Source: an uncultured virus (IMG/VR IMGVR_UViG_3300028883_000006) | Lineage: Duplodnaviria; Heunggongvirae; Uroviricota; Caudoviricetes | DNA: 64,000 nucleotides | Direction: 5' to 3' (one strand) | Virus record (IMG/VR): IMGVR_UViG_3300028883_000006 | Part shown: positions 1 to 12,300 of the stretch, piece after piece | Numbering within the stretch: position 1 is the stretch's first letter | How the letters are laid out: every line of letters starts with the position of its first letter | Notes under the pieces: generated by a model | Seen by the model: only the letters and a program-made list of their open reading frames with translations | Databases searched by the model: none | What the model was told of the DNA's origin: nothing | Made by a program: the position numbers and the translations under genes

Positions 1-374
1 TTAGTGAATTGTCAAAGAACCTTACAAGCCTTGATCCCAATGACATGAGTGTATTAAGGAGTTTGCTTGTGGAAGGAACAAAAAACAGGGGGCAGTCTGT
101 CCAGGTGCTTTTAAATAAATACTGGGACAGAGTACGTCACCTGCATCCCGGCCTTCAGGTTATGGAGCAGGCAGAAGTACCATTAACCCCTGAGCAGGAA
201 AAAGCTCAATCATTACTCGCTGTTAAGATCAGGAACGTATTGGGAAACACATCATATAAAGAAAATAAGAAGAAAAGGCTTATCAGGAAAGCACTGCAGG
301 AATATAACCCTGACATAACAGATGAATATGCAGACGAGATGGCTTCCTATTACTTGCAACAGAGTGGTAATTAA
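1..374 (+). CDS. C-terminal part of a hypothetical phage protein (5'-truncated), possibly an internal virion protein
   Basis: Frame is open to the window edge; stop lies 12 bp before the giant ORF. Confidence 0.6.
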   Translation, partial: SELSKNLTSLDPNDMSVLRSLLVEGTKNRGQSVQVLLNKYWDRVRHLHPGLQVMEQAEVPLTPEQEKAQSLLAVKIRNVLGNTSYKENKKKRLIRKALQEYNPDITDEYADEMASYYLQQSGN

Positions 375-386
375 AAGACAGCAGTA

Positions 387-3300
387 ATGCCTACAAGTTT
401 AAAAGATCCAGATAAAAAAAAGAAAATCCAGGATCCGAAGGATAGAATGAAGGAAATACAAAAGATGTTTGCCCTTCCTTCTGTTGATTTCGGCCCTGGT
501 GTTGAAGCATTGCCCGACTTAGATGCTCAGGTGCTTGGTGATGATTACCTCCCACAGACTGATGAACAAAAGCAATTTGAGAAAGAATGGGGAGAGAAAG
601 GACCTGGTGAAAAGTTTGGCTTAGGATGGAAGAAAGGTGTTAACTGGTTGAAAGGAGGGGTTGGTAATTTTTTTGCTGAAACATTACCACAGATATCAAA
701 GATGGGTACTGCCCTTGCACCTGGAGGAGTACCATACAATCCCTTATTCCCGAACAGCAAGGAGATGTATGAGGGAATGGTCGAGGCAAGTGATAATGAT
801 GAATCTTTCGATAACCTTATAGACAGAGTAACCCAGGCATCAGAGGAAAAGTTTGAGATAGCTGAAGGGATAAAGGGTAAAGGCTTTGTGTTCAATGCAG
901 CCAATATGTTGCCTCAGGCAATGGGAACGGTAGCTGCAGCAGTAGCCACAGCAGCCACAGGAGGGGCACCGGCACTGGCGGCCATACCTGCCCTGGTATC
1001 TGGAGGAAACCTTCTGGTACTGTCAAGTGCAGTAGTAGGTGATCAGTTACGGCAATATGACAAGTACGTTGAAGAAACAGGAAAGGATCCCAATGAACTT
1101 GAGAGATGGGGAGTAGCTTTACTTGCAGGAGCAGCCGAGTATGCATCTGAGAAAATGAGGCTTAATATGGCACTGGATAAGTTTGTGCCTAATGGACTGA
1201 CAGGTAAATTGATGGGTAATATACTCAGGAAAAACCCTGAGGTAAGCAGTGATATCCTTTCCAAGTGGGCAAAAAAATTCCCTAACAAATATCAGAAGCT
1301 AATAGGTTTCATACGGAAGGTAAACATTCAGGGAATGGAAGAAGGAGGCGAGGAGTTATTTGCTGAGTTCATACAGACTCTTGCACAAAACATATACCTG
1401 GATCCTGAACATAAGCATACCATAGGAGATGCAGTACAAAATTCGTTACGAGCAGCAGCCGGTGGTTATGCAATGGGTGGTTTCCTGGGACCGATAACAG
1501 TTTCTTCCAATAAGGCATACCATTACCTGAGAAGGAATAAAGAAGGCAAAGTAACCCTTCTTGAGACAAAAGACGGTGATGTATTTGAATATGTAGGTAC
1601 AGGAAAGAACGGACAGATGACCGTTATTGACAACGACCTTAGACCTAAGACTATAACAAGGGAAGATATAGCCAAGAGTATAACCCTTAAGCCACAGGAA
1701 GTAAGTCAATTCCTGGATGCATATAAGCAGGGACAGGAAAATTTACCACAACTGGAGAGGGAACTGGTTAATAAGAGTGCTGAGAGACAGATCCGTTCAT
1801 TCGGTGAGAAGATATCCTTTGAAGGTAGTGACATGATAAGCTCTGTCCAGGATAAAGAAGGAAATATACTATTCCTGAAAAGTGAAGGACCGAAGGCGTT
1901 GGGCAAGAAAACCTTTGTTGCCCTCAATGCCGAAACAATGGAACTTGTTATACTGAAGGAAACAGATATTGCTGAACGTAATGAAATTTCTCTGGATGAA
2001 TGGATGCAAAGTGAGATGGAGGCTTACTATCAGACCATACAACAATCAGAGGAAGTAGCAGCACAACAGCAGGTACAGGCAGAGGTAGAAGCAGAGATGC
2101 AGGAGAAAGAGGAAGAAACACCCCTTGCTCCCGGGGAGGAAATAAATTACATGGACAGGAAGTGGTCTATTTCCGAGATAGGAACGGATGGTACACTGTA
2201 TGTTGATGAGATAACAGAAGATGGAGTAGGTGAATCAATAGAGATAAAACCTGAGGATGCTGCTAACATACAAAGGACAGGACAGCAAGAGGAAGAACAA
2301 CCAGGGGAACAGGAAGAAATACCCGAACAGGAACTACCTGACTATAGTTTCAATGGTAAAGAAGTAACCAAAGGATATGTCAAGGGGCGTATCAGAGTTG
2401 CTAAGAGCCTTAATGACCTTAACGGACTTGCATGGAAGAATGATAAGGACCTGGATAAGATGGTTGCTGAGAGGTTTCCGGAAGCTGTACCGGAGTATAA
2501 GGTGGGCAAAGATAAGGCGGACAGGGATGAGATAATAGGTATTATCGAAGGAGCAACAGATATATCTGACCTGGAAGGAGTGACTGTTAAGAATGATGAC
2601 GAACTGACAGAGATGTTGGTTGCTAAAGCTACAGAACTCAATCCTGAGGTTATTGAGGAGATTAATAAGGCTGAACCCTTAAAAGAGGAAGAAGAAATTA
2701 AGGCTGAACCCGAACAGAAAGCAGAAGAAACTACCAAAGAAACCTCGGGTGTTGACGAGACTACAACTGTAGTAGGTGAAACCGATCCTGCATGGCGTCA
2801 TATAAGGAACAATATTGTTTCTGAAAAAGGGAAGAGCAGAAAGGAAAGGTCTGAGTTCCAGAGGGTGGCTCAAGAGATGCTTAGGTCTGGTATGCCTGTT
2901 AATGAGGTAATAGGAAAGATAAATAAGAAATATTCCTTAAATATTCCTTTATTTTTCGATGTAGAGGGAGCTGCTAAGGATATAAAAGAGAAGCCGCCAG
3001 AAAAGCCGCCTACAGGTGGTGCTGGTGCTATGGTTGTCAAGCCACAGCCTGAAAAAGCAGAGGGAGAAGTTGATCAGAAGGAACCAACAGAGAGGGAGAA
3101 ATATGGATTAGAACAGTTAAGACCAACATACAGGGGAACCACATTATCGGAATGGGAGGCAATCCAGGATGGAGGAGTAATATCCTCTGACAATATGCAA
3201 GAAGCTACATGGATAACTGATAAAAAGGAATACGCCGATGATTATGCCAAGAGCAAGGATGATGGAGTTATCATTGAGTTTAAGCCTGAGGTAATTGATA

Positions 3301-6300
3301 AATCAGCAGTAGAATCAGGACAAGAGAATGACGAGACAGGCATAAGACTTGGTAAAGGGCTTACTATTGACGATATCCTGAGAGTCACAAATGCAAAAGG
3401 AGAGGTAATCTATGAAGCCGGTAAAGAGGCAACACCGGTTGAAAAGGAGGAAAAAACTGAACAGGAAGAAGAACAAGCTCCCTCCAAACAGGCAGAGGTC
3501 GAAAAAGAGTCAGCAAAGGTAGATACTTCTCCCTCAGAGGCACAAAAGAAGGCAGGTAATTACAAGAAAGGTCATGTGTCAATACAAGGAATGGAGATAT
3601 CTATTGAGCAACCTGCTTTGAGCATACGGTCCGGGAAAGACAGCAAGGGCAACAAGTGGAGTGTGATGCTACATAACCCCTATGGTTATTTCCGCAGGAC
3701 TGAGGGCAAAGATGGCGACCAGGTGGATGTATTCCTGGGTGATAACCTTGAAAGCAAAAAGGTATTTGTCATTGACCAGGTGGTTCCCGGAACAGGCGAG
3801 TTTGATGAACATAAAGTTATGCTTGGCTTTGAGAACTTCAAAGAGGCTGAGGATAATTACCTGGCTAACTATGAACCCGGATGGAAGGGTCTGGGTGAAA
3901 TAGTAGAGATGGATATTGATGAGTTTAAAGAGTGGTTAGGAAATGGTACCAGGACCAAGAAGCCAGTAGGTGAATTACTGAAAGAACAAGAGGATAAGCA
4001 AGAGGAGGTTAAAAGACAGGCATACAATGAGTTTAGCGAGAAGTATAAGTCGATAGAAAATATTGAAACACTTAATACAGCTATAGAGGAGCTATTTGCC
4101 TTACAACGTAAAGTTGGTTACTTGAAACATGGTGATCCTGATTACCCCTGGGGAACTATAGGCAAAGGTTGGGGGTTCAGTGATGAGCTTGCTAACAAAA
4201 CACCAGGAGAGCAAAACTGGGAAAGAGAAGAAGTGGGATTAACGCCTGATAAAAAAGGATGGGCAGTTATGAACCGTATAGACCTTGCGAAAAGTCCGAA
4301 TGGGTATTGGGCCTCAGAGTATTCATGGAGTTTAGGTTCTTCAGGTGGTGGTTCTGCTCCTTCAATTCATTCTAAGGCATTTGCAACCCGAAAGGAAGCA
4401 CTCAGGCATGGACTTGAAAGGTTTATTGAAAATATGTCCAAACGGAAAGAAGGTGCAGAAACGAAATCAGATATCGCTTATGCCGAGAAGCTATTAAAGG
4501 AAGCAAAAGCAAAACTTAATGAAATAGGTGGCCCTCTAAAAAAAGCTGAGTTCGCCGGTGACATACTTGAGAAACCAAAGACACAGAAAGAACAGGTCAA
4601 ACAGGTATTGAAGGGTGAAGAATCCAAGTCTATAAAGGAGATAGCAGATGAAACAGGTATAGTAGAGCCTAGCATTCGCAGGATACTTGGAGTAGGTACC
4701 AAACAAGGAGAGTTTGAACGAGTTGACAAAGGTGTATATAAACTTGTCACAGAAGATGGCAAGACTACAGCATGGATCCATGCAGGTGATGCAGTGGAAG
4801 TATTACCCAGGCTTGCAAAGGAAGGGTTTAAGGCGGATATGATATTTCTGGATATTCCTTATACAACATCAGCTATCAAGTCAGGTAACAGGGAACTGAA
4901 CTTTGATAAGATATCCCCACAGCAGTTTGATAAGGTTGTTCAGAGCATATCACAGATAGCAAGGTCAGAAGATACCCCAGTCCTGTTTATGCACTCAACC
5001 TCCAAGACCGGTACAAAGGATATGGAAGAATACCTGCAGGTGATCGAAAAAGAGTTTAAACCTGTAGCAAAAGGGTTCTATACCAAGTATTACCGTAATG
5101 GTAACAGGGTGACTATGCCTATGCGTAAAGACTTCCTTCCCCCTGAAGCTATTGTATTAATGACAAAATCAGGCGAATTTACCCCTATAAGCAAGGAGTT
5201 TGACCTTGACTTTGACCTGGTAAGACCTAAGGGTTATCCTACTGAGAAACCGGCTGAAATGCTCCGTAAACTCATTGAGATGACCACATACGAGAAAGAT
5301 ATGATACTGGATCCCTTTGCTGGTAGCGGTGTAACAGGTGCAGAGGCAGTCAAGGCTGGAAGGGATGTAACGCTTATCGAGAAATCCGAGAAGGCGGTAG
5401 AGGGTGTAATAAAACCCAGGGTTGAAAGGGCAGCCAAAGAATCAGAACCAACGGTATCAACTGAAGGTATTACATCACCAGCTATTGAGATTACAAAGGA
5501 TGAATGGGCCGTAATGGATGTTACCAAAACATTGAAATCACCTTACCGCAGACAGTATCTTAAAAATCTTGGAATAGACGAGGAGAGATACAAAGAGATT
5601 AAGGACAGTCTATACAGAAAGAAAATACTGCTTGCCAATGGTGGTATTACCGGCTTAGGATTAGCAGTTGTAGATGGACTATATAAGAGGGCAGGAGTTA
5701 AGTCTATTGTTGGCAGGTCATACGAAAAGCCTGACAGCCCGGTATGGAACCTATGGAAGAAGGAGGAACCAGTCAGTCAGGAACAAGGACTAAGGGAAAG
5801 CTGGAGAGAAACATTGATTAAAGCAAGGGAGGCAGCAGTAAGTGTATTCACTAAAGAGGAACTGGATGAACTAAGAGAAAAAGGATTGGACTGGACTGAC
5901 AGGGAGGCTATTGTTAAGGCTGTAGATAATAAGTTAAACGAGAAACCAACAGAGGAAGGACTTGCCCCTGAAGTAGGACCAGGAGAGGAGAGAATGAATG
6001 ATCCGGGAACCGACCTGGCTAAGATACTTAAACCCGGGATGGTATTCAGGAATATCTATATCGGTCCAAGTTATAAATGGAAAAGAGAGGATTACGGTAT
6101 CTATTCATCCGAAGGTTATCCTGTTCAGGGAATGGAAGTATTGACAGTAAAAAGAGTGGAGGATAAACAAGGCAGACCTGGCTATCATCATTATTGGGTT
6201 ACAGCAATACGCACTGATGCACCCAGGAAAAAGGATGGAGGATTTAAACAGAATGTCTTAGATGCAGAAGAAAGCATTTATAATTTCGTTCTCCACAGGG

Positions 6301-9300
6301 GCAGGATAGAGGAAACACACGCACCTGTACCAGGAACCACAGGTGAAAACATGGAACGAATTTTCGTCATTGACGACAGAGCCAGTGGAGTTAAGCCGAA
6401 ACCAGCAACCCAACAGCAGGAAATAAAGCCGGTAGAGAAAAAGAAACCGGCAAGGAAAAAGAAACCATCCCGGACCGACAAGGTACTTGAAAGGGATCCT
6501 GAATCTTTCCTGGAAGCAACCCTGCAATTCTTTGTTAAGGGTGGAAGGATAGCAACACAGGACTTTGTTGCTCATACTGGCTTCAAACCCAAGACTACAG
6601 AGTTTCGTAAGTTTATTTGGGCAATAAAGAACACAGGTCAATCACTTGACGTATTCAATGAAGCCTTGCAAAATTCCTTCGGCATGGAGGATAAGGGGCC
6701 AATGGATATGATCAATGAGGTTATTGAGATAATGAAAATGTATCCCTCCAGAGGTAAAATGCTTAATGCCCTGGAGGATATACAGAACCAGCAAGAACCA
6801 CAGGACAGGGAAGATATACCCGATATGGAGGTCATAGAGGCTGACCTTGAGGATATGGATAGAGATGAAGATTTTGACTATATACTCAATTCAGAAACTT
6901 ATGGACCTATCATTGATGAGTTTACAAACTGGGAAGGTTACTTCAATGTAGGAAACTTGTTAGCAAAAATTGAGGCTGATCCTTTTTATTTTACTACCTT
7001 TCCTTATGGATTATCAGAGCAAGAGTTAAAGGACTTTAAAAAAACACTTAAAAATGACGGCAAAAGCATCCAAGAACGCATTAAAGCAGCTTATCGTGCA
7101 TTTGGCGATAGCGAAGAAGAAAACACCCCTGGAAGTAGTGAGGGAGATGAGATACGAACTGGAGCAGAAGGAGAAAGAGGAGAAGAAGAAGAAATAGACG
7201 AGGCAGAATTATTTAATGACATTGCAAAAAAAGAAGAAGATGTTGAACATAGACCAATCGATACTGAACGACATAGCCAAGCAGGTACCTCTGAAGTACA
7301 AGCTGATGAACAAGATGTTCCTGAAAAACCAGTGGACAGTAGCGAGGGAAGAAGAAAAACAAGTGAAAGCACTGGCAAAGGCACTGGCACAGAACTATCC
7401 ACTACAGGAACCCGAAAGGATAGCCCTGGCGATATGGGAGATATTGCCCCTGTTTCTGGAGAGAGAGGCGATAGGCAGGTACATAAGGAAGATGAACGAC
7501 CTAAATCTGATGAGGGTTTTGCCGGAGATCTGTTCACCGCAGGAGGCGTTGATTTACATGGAGAAAGACAGGCCCGACCTCGGAGAGAAGGACAAGAAGG
7601 TGATAGAGGAGATGTTGAGAAAACTCGAAAGGTATCTTCCTATAAGGTAAAGGCACAGCTTGAAGCTGAGAGTATCCCAGTAAAAGAAAATGATGTTCAG
7701 AACATAAAGGACACATTACCGTTCCTATTCCCCGAACAACATGATGATGTAATAAAAACTGAAAGACGATTCCAGGAAGGGAAAGGTATGCTTTTTTCTA
7801 ATGCTACAGGCACAGGGAAAACATATACAGGTCTTGGCGTTGCTAAAAGGTTTGATAAACAGGGTAAGAGTAATATCCTTATTGTTGTTCCGACAGACAT
7901 TAAAGCAAAAGACTGGATCAGGGATGGAAGGAACCTGAACCTTGATATACGTCAGCTTGATAATACACAGGATGGAGGGGATAAGATAAATGTAACAACA
8001 TACGCTAACTTTAAACAGAACCCAGAACTACTTAAGAGAGAGTTTGACCTTATTATCTATGATGAGAGTCATCACATTATGGCTAACCAGAAGGGGCAGA
8101 ATACGGCAGGAACAGAAGCTCATTTCAAGATAAGCAACCGTAACTATGGCTGGGCACTGGAGAGACTGAAAGCAAATACAGGACTATGGAAGCGGGAAGC
8201 AGAAATACAACGCAGGATTAGTGAATGGAACGCAGAGAATAACAGCAACCTGGATAAGGGAGAAAATCAGGTATCATGGGAGTACAGTAACGAAATTGAA
8301 CCACTGGAGAGGGAATTAGAAGAAGTCAAGGCAAAACAGGATGAGGTACTACCCGACCTGCAGGAAAAGGCAAAAACAGCCTCAGAACGCACTAAAGTAG
8401 TATTCCTGTCAGCCACACCATTCAAGAGCCATTTCACCCTGAGGTATGCTAACGATTACCTCTATAAGATGGGTAGTGACTCAAGAATGGAATCCGGCTA
8501 TAATGAAGGGAGTTCGGAGGACCAGTTCTTTATATCTAACTTCGGGTACAGGATGCGTTATAACAAACTTACCGCACCTGAAGCCGAGGTTGATGTATCT
8601 GCCCTGGAGAGGATGTTTGTAGATAACATGATTAAGAAGGGATCCTTTGCAGGAAGGATGTTACAGACTGACTATGATTATTCAAGAGACTTTCCTATTA
8701 TCAGCAATAAGGGTAGTGTTTCACTTAATGAAGGTATAAGACTACTGTTGAGCATTAACAAAAACACTCATCCTGAATTTGAAGCACTTGATAAGTATAT
8801 CCATTTCAGATTTTATAATTATCTGTATTCAAACCAGCTATTTGAGGTATTGAAGGCAGGCATGATGATACCCAGGATAAAACAACACCTGGAGATGGGA
8901 AGGAAGGTTGTTATATTCCATCGCTACAAACAGGCAAAGGTGGATCATCCATTTGATTTCAGTAATGCTTATTATGAGTATAATGACTGGTATAATAAAA
9001 TAAGGGTAAGGAAATACCTGAGAGATGATAAAAAGGCTATTGAAGCATGGGAGAAGTTCCAGGCTAAATATTCTGAATATTTAGGTCTTAAACTGGATTT
9101 AAGAAACCCGATACAGCAATTACAGGATGCTTTCCCGGGATTATTGGTTTTTAATGGTGATGTACCTAAGAAAGTACGCAAGGAACGTCAGGCACTCTTT
9201 AATGATCCAAATTCAGGCAGTAATATCATATTAATACAGGAACAGGCAGGAAGGGAAGGAATAGACCTGCATGATATAACAGGAAACAAACAAAGGGTAC

Positions 9301-12300
9301 TTATTAACCTGGGTATGCCGGTGGATCCTATCACTGCATTACAGGCAGAAGGAAGAATAAACAGGATAGGACTTATGAGCAATGCTGTATTCGAGTATCC
9401 TGTACTTGGACTTGATATTGAGAAATACCACTTTGGGAGCAAGATAAATGAAAGGATAGGTACAACTGAGAACCTGTCACTGGGTAACAAGGCAAGGGAC
9501 CTGAGAAGATCATTCAAAGATGGATTCCTTAATGCAGATGTATTTAGTCCTAACGAGCAGCAGGGGACTGGTGGCAAAAAGTTTGATATGCCCGAGACAC
9601 TTGAGAGAGATGATCCATACCAGAAGGCAAGAGCATTATACTATACTAACAAGAAAAAGACCTCCAGGGAAAAATCAGCAGAGGGCATAGATTACTTTGC
9701 TACACCTGAACCTCTTGGTTTTAAGATGTGGCAATGGCTGCAGCTTAACAGGGGCGAAAGAGGACTTGAACCGTCTGCAGGACATGGAGCTATATCAAGG
9801 TTTGCCCCTGATGGAGTAGAGCTAACATCCATAGAGCCGAGCAATGTATTGTTCAGTAAACTTATGGTTAATGCTGAAGGGAAGAAGGTAAACCAGAGAT
9901 TTGAGGATTTTTATGTAGGCAATAAGTTTGAAGGTGTTGCTATGAACCCGCCTTTTGGTACAGGCGGTAAGATAGCAATGGAACACCTGGAAAAAGCCTT
10001 CGGTCATCTTAGCTGGAAGGGTGGAAGGGTTGTTGCTATCATTCCTGCCGGTCCTTCAATGGATAAGAGGCTTGATAAATTCCTGCATGGAGAGGATGAG
10101 AATGGGAAACAACTTCATCCTGATGCTTTCCTGAGGGCCGAAATTAACCTTCCGTCAGTATCATTTGAAAGGGCAGGAACCAGTGTTAATGCAAAGATTG
10201 TTGTTATCGACAAAGTATATAAGGCTGACCAATACGATATACCTGGACCAGTTAACATAGATCTGTCATCACATACCAATATCAATGAGTTCTTCGATGC
10301 ACTTGAGAATGTAGAGGTACCAGCCAAGATAAGCAAGGAAGATAGAAAAGTAGAAGAAGTTAAGAAGCCTGAGAGGTGGAATATACATCATATTGTACGG
10401 TTTAAGGATAATGAAGGGAAAATAAGGGTAGGCACTATCCGCAATATTGTTGAAGTAGCTGGTGTTCAGCGACATTTCTTTATCGTACAGTCAGCAGAGG
10501 AAATGCCAGAGAGTTTTGATATCAAGAACATTATCGGGTTTGCAAGCGAGAAGGACCTGGCGATGAAGGAACTGGATGATGTATTCACAGGCAAGGCTTC
10601 AACGGTCACTCCAAGACAGGAGAAACTAATGACAACCAGCAGGGAACTGGAACTGATAAAGCAGCAGCATACAAAGGAAGGATATGACCTGCATACCATT
10701 AAGCTGAACATACGCCTTGATAAGGACGATTTCTATTCCCTCAAACGTATGGCTAAGAATGAGGGAGGATATTACAGTTCATATAAAGGACAGGGTGCAA
10801 TACCTGGGTTTAATTTTAAAGATGAACAGGCAGCAAAAAATTTCCTTGCAAAAGCTACAGATTTCCTTAATAATCGTAACTTTGAGGTAAATGAAAGACC
10901 ACAAACATACAGACAAGCCGAGAAAGAACCGGTTATACTTGCTGAGTCAGCCTTCGATCAAGAACTCCCTCTTGATAGCGGATCCGCAGAAGTACAACGG
11001 GAAGAAGATACCGGTCAGGATAGAAGTGGTAGAAACAGACCATCCCTCCGAAAATTAGGACCAGGTGAATTTGCACGCCTTGAGGTTAAGTACACCATTG
11101 ACAAGAACCTTGTATTTAATGGTAAGGAAAAGATAGAGTCACAGGATGATGTTGCCTTCCTTTTCCGTAAACTGGAAGATAAAGCTGTTGAGAATATATT
11201 TGCACTCCATGTGCTTGAGAATGGTAAATCAGTTATTCAGCACATATCAGTAGGCAGTAATGCCGGTAGCATTGTTAATTTTAATGCTATAGCAGATGGA
11301 ATTAACAGGTTTAACCCTGTAAAGACGTACTTTATACATAACCATCCCTCCGGTAACATTAATCCAAGCAGGGCAGATATAACTATCCTGAGTAAACTAA
11401 AGGATGCTTTCGGAGATGTTATAAACCCCTTAGGTATAATCATAGATATTGATTCAGGTCTGTATGGCACATTCGGCAGTATTGAAGGCTTTGAAAATTC
11501 ATACGAAATACCGAAACAGGCACCTGAAAAGGAATATAAGGTGTACCGTTTTGATAGGATGGTGTTTAATAAGGACATTGACTATCTGCATGAGAAACAC
11601 GCAAAAATTAAGGAACAGGACGAAGCAGCACAGTATGCTTCCGCACAGAGACATACCAGTGGCAATAAACTGTCCGCATTGATCCTGAGCCGCCAGAACA
11701 AGATAGTTGCTAATATCCATTATCCTTACTCAAATCTTAATGAGAATCGCCATGATTTTATGGCTGACACAAGAGCTTATTGTGCAAGATTTAATGCTTC
11801 CGGATTAATCCTGTATGGCAGGGGTATAAGCGAGGTTGACGTAATTGCGTTGAATAGAATTAAGGAGGAACTGAAAACGACTGATATCAACCTACTGGAT
11901 GCCTTTGATATGAAAAGAATAGAAGCCGGTGAGGGAGGTGGTGCTTCTATTATGATGGAACCACAGACTGACTATACAAACGGACTACAGGCAGAGATTG
12001 AACGTACCAGGGAAGAACTGAGGAAGGTTACAAAGGCAAGGCAGGATAAGAAAAATGAACTGTCCAAGAGGATAAACACCCAGGGGGCATTATTCGCAGG
12101 AGAGGTATTCGGTCCCACCCTGGAACAAAAGACCACCTTTGATGTGGATATGGATGCTACACAGGAGAATATTAAAAGGATCCTGTCAGATTATGATAAC
12201 CAGATAGCCAGGTTGCAGAAAAGGCTTGCAGACCTTGAGAAACAGGCTGAGAGGGCAGCTATTGAGAATAAAGGACAGGGAGTACTATTCAGGCTGGCAG

